A stretch of 58,845 nucleotides of DNA from Acidobacteriota bacterium (GCA_046735635.1 JBKPTT010000149.1:1-58845); one strand, 5' to 3'; positions 19,434 to 28,982 are shown, numbered from the stretch's first letter. The notes: generated from the letters alone by a model not told the origin. Numbers and translations are program-made.

Positions 19434-19922
19434 ATGGAGCTGAAGAACACGTACAGCGCGCGGGAGGTCGCGGCGCTGACCGGGTTGTCGGCGCGCCAGC
19501 TTCAATGGTGGGATTCACGCCGCCTGTTTACGCCGGCAGTCGCATCGCGTCGGACGGCGGCGGGTGGTTTCACGGAGCGGCGCTACACACCGGTCGATCT
19601 GCTGGAACTGATGGTGCTTGCGGATCTTCGCCGTCAGGGCCTGTCGCTCGCACGGCTGCGGCTGCTGCTGGAGACACTTCGCCACAGGTTCCGCATCCGG
19701 CTCTTCGATGCCGTCGGGGGCACCGGCTCGATCACGTTGCTCACCGATGGAACCGAGGTCTACGCTCGCCTGCCTGGCGGAGAGTTCGTGAACGTACTGC
19801 GGGCGCCGGATCAGCCGTTGCTGGTCGTCGGCGAAGGTCTGCCGCTTCGTCAGCTCACCGCGCACACGAAACCCCGGAAGCGCAGAAAGCCTGGAAACAG
19901 GAAGAAGAAGGAACGCGATTAG
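19434..19922 (+). CDS. MerR-family transcriptional regulator with basic C-terminal tail
   Basis: [40 protein letters not shown] 19434 chosen; the longer track ORF overlaps the upstream gene. Confidence 0.7.
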   Translation: MELKNTYSAREVAALTGLSARQLQWWDSRRLFTPAVASRRTAAGGFTERRYTPVDLLELMVLADLRRQGLSLARLRLLLETLRHRFRIRLFDAVGGTGSITLLTDGTEVYARLPGGEFVNVLRAPDQPLLVVGEGLPLRQLTAHTKPRKRRKPGNRKKKERD

Positions 19923-20206
19923 CCGATTGGAAAGATCTTGTCGAGACCTTCCGCGGGCCGCGGAATCACATGGACGCCGACGAGCTCGCCGACGCGCCGC
20001 GCTGCCGCCGCGCCCGCGTCGGTTGCCGCTTTCACGGACGCCACGTCGCCGCGAACGATCGCGGTGACGAGCCCTGCGTCGACCTTCTGCCAGCCGACGA
20101 ACGCGACGTTCGCCGCCTTCACCATCGCGTCGGCCGCTTCGATCATCCCGACAAGCCCGCGGGTTTCCACGAGGCCAAGCGCTTCGCCGGGAATCTCCTT
20201 CGCCAT
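19919..20206 (-). CDS. bacterial microcompartment shell protein, BMC-H (Pfam00936, PduA/EutM/CcmK type)
   Basis: 95 aa. Aligns along its full length with PduA: [30 protein letters not shown]....[29 protein letters not shown]....HVIPRP. GAGGGA SD upstream. Confidence 0.9.
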   Translation of the reverse strand: MAKEIPGEALGLVETRGLVGMIEAADAMVKAANVAFVGWQKVDAGLVTAIVRGDVASVKAATDAGAAAARRVGELVGVHVIPRPAEGLDKIFPIG

Positions 20207-20250
20207 GTGAATCCCTCGAATCCGCCTTCGCTGAAGCTCCGGCGGACAAG

Positions 20251-20292
<42 letters not shown>

Positions 20293-20296
20293 TGTA

Positions 20297-21418
20297 CTAT
20301 GTAATGCGCCCGCGGGCAGAAATATCCATCCGTTCGATCACTCGATCGCCATCGACTATCCATGCACGATCCACCAGGTTGGAAACGACGCACGAATGGT
20401 TCGGTACGATGCGGACGAGATCGCCGGGACGAAGCTTCGAAGGACTCGACGCGCGGACAGTCGCGTGTTCTTCTGAAAGGCGTTCGATGATGAGCGTGTC
20501 GTCGGGATCGTCCGAATCGAGCGCCGACAGCACGGCGCCGTAACCGGCCGGATTCGTGCGGCCGCGCGCCAGGTCGTTCGTAAGCGTCTTGCTTCCGGAA
20601 TCGAAAATGAGTCGGTCAGGTGGATGCGCCGTCACCACGCGCGCGAGCACCGTCAGCGCGCAATCGTGCCAGGTTGCCGCGCCGAGCGCCACCTGCATGC
20701 GGTCGTAGTAAATGTAGTTCCCCGGCCGCAGCTCCGTGATGCCTTCCTCGCGGGCGCTGAAGCGCGCCGTTGGCGTCGCGCCCACGCTGATCTCTTCAAC
20801 CGGCACTCCGGCGCCGCGAACACGGGAGGCGAGCTGATTCAGCATCTCCGCTTCGGCATGCGCGATCGCGGCAGTCTCGTCGTCCGACATCGCACCATAG
20901 GCATGTCCCGCGTGGCTCAACAGACCTCGGAAGCGCAAACCAGGAAGACGGGCAACGGTCGCGACGAACTCCGCCGCGCCGGGGGCGGACGGATCGATTC
21001 CGCACCGGTGGAAACCGACGTCGACTTTGACGAGAACGTCGATTTCCCGGCCGGCTGCCTGCATCGCTTTGGACCAGCCGCGCGCCACTTCCATGTGATC
21101 GACGATGAAGGACAGGCGGCTGAGGTCGGCGAGCGCGAGGACCCGCGCAGCGTTCACGGGGTTCAAGGGATACGGAAGGCGGATGTCCTGAATGCCGGCG
21201 TGCGCGAACACCTCTGCCTCGCCCAACTTTGCGCAGCAGATGCCGACCGCGCCTCGATCGAGCTGCAGGCGGGCAAACGCCGGCGTTTTGTGCGTTTTGG
21301 CGTGAGGACGCAGCCGCAGGCCGCGCGCATCCGCGGCGGCCTGCATGCGTTCCACGTTGGCCTCCACGCGCGCCCGATCCACGAGCACGCAGGGGGTCGG
21401 CAGATCCCGAAGGTGCAC
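20297..21418 (-). CDS. D-threonine aldolase / DSD1-like PLP enzyme (alanine-racemase N-terminal fold)
   Basis: 373 aa. LPTPCVLVDRARVEANVERMQ...RLRPHAKTHKTP (PLP lysine) ...SHAGHAY... with the C-terminal beta domain. Confidence 0.8.
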   Translation of the reverse strand: MHLRDLPTPCVLVDRARVEANVERMQAAADARGLRLRPHAKTHKTPAFARLQLDRGAVGICCAKLGEAEVFAHAGIQDIRLPYPLNPVNAARVLALADLSRLSFIVDHMEVARGWSKAMQAAGREIDVLVKVDVGFHRCGIDPSAPGAAEFVATVARLPGLRFRGLLSHAGHAYGAMSDDETAAIAHAEAEMLNQLASRVRGAGVPVEEISVGATPTARFSAREEGITELRPGNYIYYDRMQVALGAATWHDCALTVLARVVTAHPPDRLIFDSGSKTLTNDLARGRTNPAGYGAVLSALDSDDPDDTLIIERLSEEHATVRASSPSKLRPGDLVRIVPNHSCVVSNLVDRAWIVDGDRVIERMDISARGRIT

Positions 21419-21427
21419 GCCGTGAGT

Positions 21428-22660
21428 CTACAGGAATCCCAGCGTCGCGTTCGTCGTGAATCCTGGAAACACAGGCCGCGTGTCCTGGAGACCGAGATGG
21501 CCGCACACCACTTCCGCGAACACGGCGCGGAAATCGGTGGTGACCGAAAGGTCGCGTCCTTCGTAGCGCTGCTCGGGCGCCAGCCCGGGCCACCGTCCGT
21601 AGACTTTGCCGCCGCGCACGGGACCGCCAATGATCATCATCGCATTCCCGTGGCCGTGGTCGGTCCCGCGGTTTCCGTTCTCCGCTACCGCACGCCCGAA
21701 TTCCGACATCGTCAGCACGACGACGTCCTGCATGCGGTCGCCGAGGTCGCGAACGAGCGCTGCGATCCCGCGCGAGAGGTCGTCGAGGCGCGCGGCGAGC
21801 TGTCCTGTCGCGGCTCCCTCGTTGACGTGATGATCCCAGTTGCCGGACTCGGCGAACGCCACCTCGAGGCCGACGTCTGCCTTGACGAGCTGGGCGATCT
21901 GCCTCAGTGCCTCGCCAAAAGCTGACCGCGGATACTCGGCGCCGTTCTCGGGGTTGTACTGCGCCGGATTCGCGGTCTTGAGCATCCGCACCGCGTCGAA
22001 CGCCTCCCGCCCCGTCGATTGCAGCACGCTCGCCGCGGCGGCCGCGTACTCGGATTCGAATGACGACTGCACCATATCGGCCGACTGTCCGCCGCGGATT
22101 CCAAACTGGCTGATCTGGCCGATCGCGAGGGCCGGCTCGGTTCCCTGCAGCGCCCGCGGAAGTTGGGGCGCGAGCGCGACGGCCCGGAATGGTGTTGCCG
22201 CCTGGTGTTCGCGCGCATGGAGGTACCGGTTCAACCAGCCGTCCTGGGTGCTCTTGACGCCGGGCGTCGCGGTCTCCATGTAGTCTTGCGCGTCGAAGTG
22301 CGATCGCGTTCCGTCAGGCGAACCGCACGCGTGCACGATGGCCATCTGATGTGCGTCGTACAGCGGCTTGAGGGGCGCGAGGCGCGGGTGCAGACCGAAG
22401 AACCCGTCGAGATCGACTACGGTATCGGGAGCCGAGCCGGGTCGAGGAATCGCGAGCGTCGGGCGGGCGGTGTAGTAATCGCGCTCGCCGAACGGCACGA
22501 TCATATTCAACCCGTCCACCGCCCCGCGCTGAAAGATCGTAATCAGCACGCGCCGCCGCGAGTCGGCCGCCGCGACCGTGCGCGCGAGAAACGCCGGCGC
22601 GAATCCGAGGCTGACGAGCGCGAGCCCGCCATTCTTCATGAATACTCGTCGGGAGATCAT
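21428..22660 (-). CDS. DUF1501 domain protein (sulfatase-like fold), Tat-exported
   Basis: 410 aa. Twin-arginine leader MISRRVFMKNGGLALVSLGFAPAFLA and ...GTDHGHGN motif. Confidence 0.8.
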   Translation of the reverse strand: MISRRVFMKNGGLALVSLGFAPAFLARTVAAADSRRRVLITIFQRGAVDGLNMIVPFGERDYYTARPTLAIPRPGSAPDTVVDLDGFFGLHPRLAPLKPLYDAHQMAIVHACGSPDGTRSHFDAQDYMETATPGVKSTQDGWLNRYLHAREHQAATPFRAVALAPQLPRALQGTEPALAIGQISQFGIRGGQSADMVQSSFESEYAAAAASVLQSTGREAFDAVRMLKTANPAQYNPENGAEYPRSAFGEALRQIAQLVKADVGLEVAFAESGNWDHHVNEGAATGQLAARLDDLSRGIAALVRDLGDRMQDVVVLTMSEFGRAVAENGNRGTDHGHGNAMMIIGGPVRGGKVYGRWPGLAPEQRYEGRDLSVTTDFRAVFAEVVCGHLGLQDTRPVFPGFTTNATLGFL

Positions 22661-22666
22661 GTCGGC

Positions 22667-24376
22667 CTACCTTTTCTGAAACTCGGGCGAGCCGAGCAGC
22701 AGTGCCATTGCCTGCGGCGCCGTCGCCGCCTTTGCCACCGTGGCCCGCGTGGATTCCGAGAGATCGCCCGCGAGCACCTGATCCGAGAGGGTCGTCCTCG
22801 CCGCGTCGGCCGAGGAGGTGGGCGTCAGCGCGGTCGTTCTCAGCACCCGCATGCGGCCGTCGGTCAGCGCGACCGCGAAATTCATACGGTTCAGCAGAGA
22901 GCCGGTATTGACCCAGGCATCGGCGCGGTCGACATAACCCGTGGGCGGCTGGCACTGATACGGCGGCATGCCCAGATCTCGCATCGCCTGCACGAGCGGC
23001 ATCGCATTGGTGGCGTCCACTCCCGAGGCGCGTACAGCGCTCGCGACGAACTCGAAAGGCGTTTTGACTTTCGCGCGATACGCAGCGGGTGCAAAGAACT
23101 CAGGCGAGGTGATGATCGTTCGCACAACCTCGCGGATATCGCCGTTCGTTTCGCGGAACCGTGCCGCCGCCCTGTCGACGAGCGAAGCCGGCGGCTCGTC
23201 GGACACGAACCTGCGCACCAGCTTGGTCGAAATGAACTTCGCGGTTGAAGGATGAGCGGCCAGGATGTCGAGGACTTCCTCTGCGTCGTGCTGCCCGCCT
23301 CCTGCCTTGATGCGATGTCCGAGGACCACCTTCTCACCATCGTCGTGCATGCGCGGTTCGAACCGGAACCCGCCGCCCTGCCGCGGATTGGCGATTGTCC
23401 AGCCTGTGAACGCACGCGCGACTTCCTGAACGTCTTTCTGTGTATATCCGCCGTCGACGCCGAGCGTGTGCAGCTCCATGAGCTCGCGCGCATAATTCTC
23501 GTTCAGCCCTCGAGGGCGGCGGTTCTGCGCGCCGGACGGGAGATCGGCAATCGTTCGTGGCTGCAATCCTCCACGACCGCGACCTCGACCGCCGCCCGGG
23601 CCGAAAGCAGCCCTTCGCATGGGCTCGCTCGTCGACGCACCTTCGGGCGCCGCGCTCTGCCAGTTGTCCAGATAGAACAGCATTGCGGGGCTGTGAGCGG
23701 TTGCTCCGAGAAGGTCGCGGAAGTGCCCGAACACGTTCGGCCGAATCACGTCACGCTCGTACTCTGTCAGGTATTCGCGGACCTGTCCCTTCCCCGCGAA
23801 GACGTTGAAATGGTTGAACCAGAAATCGACCATCACTTCGTCGAGCTGGCGTTCGCTGTAGGCGGCCCGCAGGATCTTCTGTTGCGCGAGATCGGTGAAG
23901 ACGCGACGCTCCGATTGCATCAGTTGCATCTGCTCGGGCGTCCGCATCTGCTTTCGATCGGCGGATGGGTCGGCCGGCTGCTGAGCATTGGGCTGCTGTC
24001 CACTCGCCTGCTGCCCGTTCTGCTGCTGCGCACGACGGCGCTCCATCTGCGCGGGCACGAAAAAGTCTTCTGCCAACTCGCGGCTGCTCTTTGCGAGCGT
24101 GTCGAGCGGCGCCAGCCGCGCCGCCATTCCTTCGTCGGCGATTCGTTCCGGATGAAGCTGCAGGTCGATGTATTTCTCGAGGCCGAGATTCCTCACCCGG
24201 TCGATGTCCCCAGGGGCCGGCCCGAATCCGATCCTGTTGAGCACGTGCACGATGGTCTTGTCGTCAGGTTGCTTGGGGACCGCGCTCTTCGGTCCGGCTG
24301 CGGTTCGGGCTGACGGTGCGGATATAAGCAGAAACGCCGCAAGGGCAGGCAGGAGCGCGAGTTGGCGCGTTTTCAT
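22667..24376 (-). CDS. DUF1800 domain protein, secreted
   Basis: 569 aa. Signal peptide MKTRQLALLPALAAFLLISAPSA, HVLNRIGFGP..., FWFNHFNVF, LMELHTLGVDGGYTQKDV. Usual partner of DUF1501. Confidence 0.8.
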   Translation of the reverse strand: MKTRQLALLPALAAFLLISAPSARTAAGPKSAVPKQPDDKTIVHVLNRIGFGPAPGDIDRVRNLGLEKYIDLQLHPERIADEGMAARLAPLDTLAKSSRELAEDFFVPAQMERRRAQQQNGQQASGQQPNAQQPADPSADRKQMRTPEQMQLMQSERRVFTDLAQQKILRAAYSERQLDEVMVDFWFNHFNVFAGKGQVREYLTEYERDVIRPNVFGHFRDLLGATAHSPAMLFYLDNWQSAAPEGASTSEPMRRAAFGPGGGRGRGRGGLQPRTIADLPSGAQNRRPRGLNENYARELMELHTLGVDGGYTQKDVQEVARAFTGWTIANPRQGGGFRFEPRMHDDGEKVVLGHRIKAGGGQHDAEEVLDILAAHPSTAKFISTKLVRRFVSDEPPASLVDRAAARFRETNGDIREVVRTIITSPEFFAPAAYRAKVKTPFEFVASAVRASGVDATNAMPLVQAMRDLGMPPYQCQPPTGYVDRADAWVNTGSLLNRMNFAVALTDGRMRVLRTTALTPTSSADAARTTLSDQVLAGDLSESTRATVAKAATAPQAMALLLGSPEFQKR

Positions 24377-24416
24377 ATGACCTCGGAAATCTTAGACAGC
24401 CTCGGCCGTCGTCGCG

Positions 24417-25919
24417 TTACATCCGCCGGACATCCTTGAGCAGTTCGCGCGCAGCATTCCGGCCGGAAGCCCCCGCCGCGACCCCGCCGGGGTGTGTGCC
24501 GGCCCCCGCCAGATAAAGGCCGCGAACCGGCCCCTGGTATGCGGCCGATCCGAGAAACGGTCGCGTCGTGAACAGCTGGTCGAGCGCCTGCTCGCCGTGA
24601 AAAATGTGACCGCCGGTCAACCCATAGATGCGCTCGAGATCGACTGGTGTCAACACCTCCCGGTCCTCGATCAACGATGCTGTGCCTGGCATGTGCTGCT
24701 CGAGCAGCGCCACTACGCGCTCGAACAGTGCGTCGCGTCCCGCCTCCCATGATGCCGGGGCCCTCAATGTATACGGGACGAACTGCACGTGCACGCTGAG
24801 CACGTATTTGCTCGACGCGGACGCCGAGGTGACCTCGAGGTACGGCTCCGCGGGCATCTCGCCATATTTCGAAGGATCGAACGCACGTTCCAGGTAGTCG
24901 ATCGACGGCCCGATATGAATGCGGTGCGGGATATCGCCGTTCGGAAAACGCGGCGGCGCTCCGAGTGACAACCGCACCTTGGCAACGCTCCCGGTGCTGC
25001 GATAGTTCCGCGCCCGCGCGAGAAACGTCGGATCGAGATCGAGCGGATCCATCAAGGAGAGAAACGTGCGCCGCGGATCGAGGGTCGATACGACGATCGA
25101 GGCGGGAACCTCGTCGCCGCCTTCGAGGGCAACGCTCGTGACCTGGCCTTGCTGCGTGCGAATCGCGGTCGCTCGAGCGCCGATTCGGAATTCAGCGCCC
25201 GCGTGCCGCGCTGCGTCGCGGATCGCGTCGGCAAGCGTCTGAACGCCACCGCTCACGGTGACGGTGCTCCCCCCGGGCACGGCATCGTGAGAGGCGGCAG
25301 CGAGCAGGATGGCTGTGGTCCCCGCCGACCAGGGGCCTTGCGACATGCCGAAGATTCCCCGCGCCGCAACGGCGGCCTGAAGAAGATCGGTCTCGAACCA
25401 CTCGGCCGCGAAGTCGCCGGCCGCCATCGGCCCCCAGCGCAGGAGCCGGAATGCGTCCTTCTTTCCGAGCGCGCGGAAGTGCCGCCCGGCGACGAGAACA
25501 TTCCAGATGTCGCGGCGCGCTGGTGCATCGATCGACGGCGGCGTGATCTCCGATAGCCGCGACATCAAAGGACTGAACCGCTCCAACGTGGCGCAGAGCT
25601 CCCTGTATTTCTCGGCATCCCGTGGCGAGTGCCGGCGGATCTCGTCGCACGTGCGCGCCGTATCCGCGTAGAACGTCAATCGCGGCCCGTCGGGCTGCAG
25701 TGCGACGAGGCGAGGCTCGGGGCGAACGAACTCGACGCGCCGCGTGAGCTCCATGTCGCGCACGAGTGATCGTGGCAGCGGCGAGAGGACATGCGAAAGC
25801 TCCGCGGCGCCGCCCACCTTGTCACGTGCTTCGAGCACGACGGGTCGCATCCCGGCGCGCGCCAGGTAAAACGCGACGGTCAGACCGTTGATGCCGGCGC
25901 CGATGATGACTGGGCGCAT
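24417..25919 (-). CDS. FAD/NAD(P)-dependent oxidoreductase, phytoene-desaturase (CrtI)-like family
   Basis: MRPVIIGAGINGLTVAFYLARAG from ATG 25919, 1 nt after the upstream stop. C-terminal LYLAGAGTHPGGVAAGASGRNAA. Confidence 0.8.
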   Translation of the reverse strand: MRPVIIGAGINGLTVAFYLARAGMRPVVLEARDKVGGAAELSHVLSPLPRSLVRDMELTRRVEFVRPEPRLVALQPDGPRLTFYADTARTCDEIRRHSPRDAEKYRELCATLERFSPLMSRLSEITPPSIDAPARRDIWNVLVAGRHFRALGKKDAFRLLRWGPMAAGDFAAEWFETDLLQAAVAARGIFGMSQGPWSAGTTAILLAAASHDAVPGGSTVTVSGGVQTLADAIRDAARHAGAEFRIGARATAIRTQQGQVTSVALEGGDEVPASIVVSTLDPRRTFLSLMDPLDLDPTFLARARNYRSTGSVAKVRLSLGAPPRFPNGDIPHRIHIGPSIDYLERAFDPSKYGEMPAEPYLEVTSASASSKYVLSVHVQFVPYTLRAPASWEAGRDALFERVVALLEQHMPGTASLIEDREVLTPVDLERIYGLTGGHIFHGEQALDQLFTTRPFLGSAAYQGPVRGLYLAGAGTHPGGVAAGASGRNAARELLKDVRRM

Positions 25920-25920
25920 G

Positions 25921-27492
25921 TCAGTGATCGCGAAGGATGCGCCTCGCGGCGTTTCTCCCAGGTGCGCCCATGATTCCGCCGCCAGGGTGCGTTGCCGATC
26001 CACACATATAGAGGTTGCGAATCGGCGTGCGGTATTGCGCCCAGCCGGGCGCAGGCCGGAGGAAGAACAGCTGCTCGAGCGTCAGCTCTCCTTGAAAGAT
26101 GTTTCCCTCTGTCAGTCCGAATTCACGCTCGAGATCGAGCGGCGTCAAGACCTGCCGGTGCAGGATGACGTTCCGGATGTTCGGCGCATATTCGGCCAGC
26201 GTGTCGATCACGGTGTCGCCGAACGCCTCGCGCTGATCGTCCCACGTCCCTTCCTTCAGGTGATATGGCGCGTATTGAACGAAGCACGACATCACGTGTT
26301 TGCCCGCGGGTGCCACGGAAGGATCGGTGAGCGACGGGATTACGATGTCGATGTACGGCTTGCGCGAGAAGCGGCCGTACTTGGCGTCGTCGTAGGCGCG
26401 CTCCATGTAGTCGACGGCGGGTGAAATGGAAATGGCACCGCGAAGGTGATGTCCGGGTCCGGGCCGCGCACTGAACTCCGGCAGCGCATCCAACGCGAGG
26501 TTCACCTTGCCGGATGAACCGCGGAATTTGTATCGCCGCACATCGTCGACGAAATCGTCCGGCAGCGCGGCCGTACCGACCATTTTCAGGAAGGTGAGGT
26601 GCGGATCGACGCTCGACACGATCGTAGATGCACGAAGCTCGTCGCCATTCTCGAGCGCGACCCCCACAGCGCGGCCGTTCTTCACCGCAATCCGGAGCAC
26701 CGGAGCTTCGGTGCGGATCTCGACTCCGCTCTCGCGCGCCGCGGCGGCAATTGCATTGGAGATCGCTCCCGTTCCGCCTCGAGAGAGACCCCACGACCGG
26801 AACGCGCCGTCGATCTCTCCCATGTAGTGGTGCAGGAGGACGTACGCAGTGCCGGGGGACCGCACGCCGAGAAACGTCCCGATGATGCCCGACGCGGCCA
26901 TCGTCGCTTTGAGCACGTCGGTCTCGAACCATTGATCGAGAAAATCGACCGCGCTCATCGTCATGAGCTGAAGCTGGTTGTATTGGTCCGCGCCGCTGAG
27001 GGCACGGAAGCGCCGTGCGATCGAGAGGAGGTCGGCGAGGCCGCGCGGATCGAGCGACGTCGGGTCGGGCGGCGTCATCGTCAGCAAGGGTTTGACGAAG
27101 CGGCCCATGTCAACCATGGCCTTGCCGTATTCCTCGTAGGCCTCGGCGTCCAGCCGCGAGTGTCGCGCGATCTCGCGTCGCGTACGCCCGTGGTCGTTGA
27201 CACGCCATAGATAGTCGCCGTCGGGCATCGGGGTGAACGTGCCGTCCAGCGGCAGGATCTCCATGCCGTGGCGAGGAAGGTCGAGCTCGCGGATGATCTC
27301 TGGTCGCAGCAGCGAGACGGCGTACGAACAGACCGAATACTTGAAACCTGGGTAGAGCTCTTCGGTCACCGCGGCGCCGCCGAGGACGTGCCGGCGTTCG
27401 AGCACGAGGACTTTGCGGCCGCCGCGCGCCAGATAGGCCGCGCAGACGAGCCCGTTGTGTCCGCCACCGATGACGATGACGTCGTAAGACAT
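25921..27492 (-). CDS. FAD/NAD(P)-dependent oxidoreductase, CrtI / PYROXD2-like
   Basis: 523 aa. MSYDVIVIGGGHNGLVCAAYLARGGRKVLVLERRHVLGGAA..., C-terminal LYMCGSATHPGGGIMGAPGRNAA. Paralogue of the adjacent gene. Confidence 0.82.
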   Translation of the reverse strand: MSYDVIVIGGGHNGLVCAAYLARGGRKVLVLERRHVLGGAAVTEELYPGFKYSVCSYAVSLLRPEIIRELDLPRHGMEILPLDGTFTPMPDGDYLWRVNDHGRTRREIARHSRLDAEAYEEYGKAMVDMGRFVKPLLTMTPPDPTSLDPRGLADLLSIARRFRALSGADQYNQLQLMTMSAVDFLDQWFETDVLKATMAASGIIGTFLGVRSPGTAYVLLHHYMGEIDGAFRSWGLSRGGTGAISNAIAAAARESGVEIRTEAPVLRIAVKNGRAVGVALENGDELRASTIVSSVDPHLTFLKMVGTAALPDDFVDDVRRYKFRGSSGKVNLALDALPEFSARPGPGHHLRGAISISPAVDYMERAYDDAKYGRFSRKPYIDIVIPSLTDPSVAPAGKHVMSCFVQYAPYHLKEGTWDDQREAFGDTVIDTLAEYAPNIRNVILHRQVLTPLDLEREFGLTEGNIFQGELTLEQLFFLRPAPGWAQYRTPIRNLYMCGSATHPGGGIMGAPGRNAARRILRDH

Positions 27493-27499
27493 ATCTGAT

Positions 27500-27533
27500 C
27501 CGAGGGGCTTCGCCCCTCGGACTCCCCTACACG
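27500..27533 (-). repeat. REP-like GTAG hairpin, type B (minus strand: GCGTGTAGGGGAGT-CCGAGGGGC-GAA-GCCCCTCGG)
   Basis: Perfect 9-bp stem 27500-27508 / 27512-27520. Near-identical copy at 42380-42412. Weaker homology continues to about 27680. Confidence 0.8.
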
Positions 27534-27554
27534 CTCACTCGCGTCTTTCTTCGC

Positions 27555-28928
27555 ATGGCCTCGCCTCGCCGTAGCAACCGTGTGATTCGCCGGTTGCGAA
27601 GGCGGGTCGCTCCGTTCTCGTGGCTCGCTTCGCTGTCGGTCGCTCACGCACAGTGTTGCCGCGCCAGGGTGACGGCGATTCGCGCGGCGCAAAGGCGGGC
27701 CGCGGGGCCGATTATAATTGGCGACGCCGTGCCTATCGGTACGCCGCTACACGATCGCACGTTGCCGCTCTGCGAGAGCTTGAACTACCGCGAGTGGTCT
27801 GGCTACTACGCCGTCAGCGCCTACGAATCCCACCACGAGCACGAATACAACGCGATCCGGAATGCCGCGGCCATCATCGACGTGTCGCCGCTGTTCAAAT
27901 ACTTCGTGCGCGGACGCGATGCACGCGCGCTGGTTGATCGCATCATCACGCGCGATGCGACGAAACTCGCCGTCGGGCAGGTGTACTACACGCCGTGGTG
28001 CGACGAGCGCGGCCGTGTAATAGATGACGGCACCGTGAGCTGCCTTGCCGACGATCTGTTCCGGTGGACGGCGGCGGACCCGAGCCTGCGATGGTTCACG
28101 CAGAACGCCGGTGGCCTGGACGTCGCGATCGAGGATGTTTCAGAGCAGCTTGCCGCAATCGCGCTCCAGGGTCCGACGTCTGCGAAGCTGCTGCGCGCCG
28201 CGGCCACAGCAGACATCGACGCGCTGAGATACTTTCGCCTGGCCCGCGGCACCGTCGACGGCGTCGCGGTCGACATCTCGCGGACCGGCTACACCGGCGA
28301 CCTTGGATACGAGATCTGGATGAACGCACACGACGCCGTACGCGTGTGGGATGCGTTGATCGAAGCGGGTCGGCCATTCGACATCAAGCCGGCCGGCATG
28401 CTCGCGCTCGACGTCGCTCGGATCGAAGCGGGACTGCTCCTCATCGACGTCGATTTTTTCAGCAGCCGGAAAGCCCTCGTGCCGTCACAGACTTACTCTC
28501 CCTTCGAAATGGGTCTGGGCCGCCTCGTCTCGCTCGACAAGGATAGGTTCGTCGGCCAAAAGGCACTCAGAGACGAGCGCGCGCGCGGGCACGCGAAGCA
28601 GGTCGTCGGACTAGAGATCAGTTGGCCGGACGTCGAGCGCCTCTATGAAGCTGCCGGCCTGCCACCAGTCGCCCCAGCCATCGCATCGCGAACGGCGGTA
28701 CCGGTTTACGTCGCCGGCCGGCAGATCGGGAAAGCCACCTCCACGACGTGGTCGCCCGTTCTCAAGAAGTTGTTCGCGCTCGCAACCGTCGAACGTCCGC
28801 ACTACAGCGAAGGTGCCTCGATGGAGGTTGAGGTGACCATCGAAGCGATCCATCATCGCGTTCCAGCGACCGTCGTCCGCACACCGTTCTTCAATCCGTC
28901 CCGCAAAACGAGCACTCCACCGGCGTGA
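27555..28928 (+). CDS. aminomethyltransferase-family (GcvT-like, folate-binding) protein
   Basis: NAIRNAAAIIDVSPLFKY..., SRTGYTGDLGYEIW, the GcvT fold, and a C-terminal barrel. The track start 27555 translates repeat-element DNA. In-frame GTG 27729, preceded by attataat, is the more likely start. Confidence 0.75.
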   Translation: MASPRRSNRVIRRLRRRVAPFSWLASLSVAHAQCCRARVTAIRAAQRRAAGPIIIGDAVPIGTPLHDRTLPLCESLNYREWSGYYAVSAYESHHEHEYNAIRNAAAIIDVSPLFKYFVRGRDARALVDRIITRDATKLAVGQVYYTPWCDERGRVIDDGTVSCLADDLFRWTAADPSLRWFTQNAGGLDVAIEDVSEQLAAIALQGPTSAKLLRAAATADIDALRYFRLARGTVDGVAVDISRTGYTGDLGYEIWMNAHDAVRVWDALIEAGRPFDIKPAGMLALDVARIEAGLLLIDVDFFSSRKALVPSQTYSPFEMGLGRLVSLDKDRFVGQKALRDERARGHAKQVVGLEISWPDVERLYEAAGLPPVAPAIASRTAVPVYVAGRQIGKATSTTWSPVLKKLFALATVERPHYSEGASMEVEVTIEAIHHRVPATVVRTPFFNPSRKTSTPPA

Positions 28929-28966
28929 GCACGTAAGTCCCTCCGATTTCGGGGCATGAACTACCC

Positions 28967-28982
28967 AAAACCGTACGGTTTT
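28967..28982. promoter_or_regulatory. perfect 16-bp palindrome AAAACCGTACGGTTTT
   Basis: Read directly from the sequence. Lies between the GcvT-like stop (28928) and the ECF sigma gene. Confidence 0.5.

Noticed and set aside
27555-27728. N-terminal 58 aa of the GcvT-like ORF as real coding sequence
   Set aside because: This stretch is the extended type-B repeat element, with homology to 42256-42380. GcvT-family similarity starts after the in-frame GTG at 27729, which is preceded by a TATAAT-like box.
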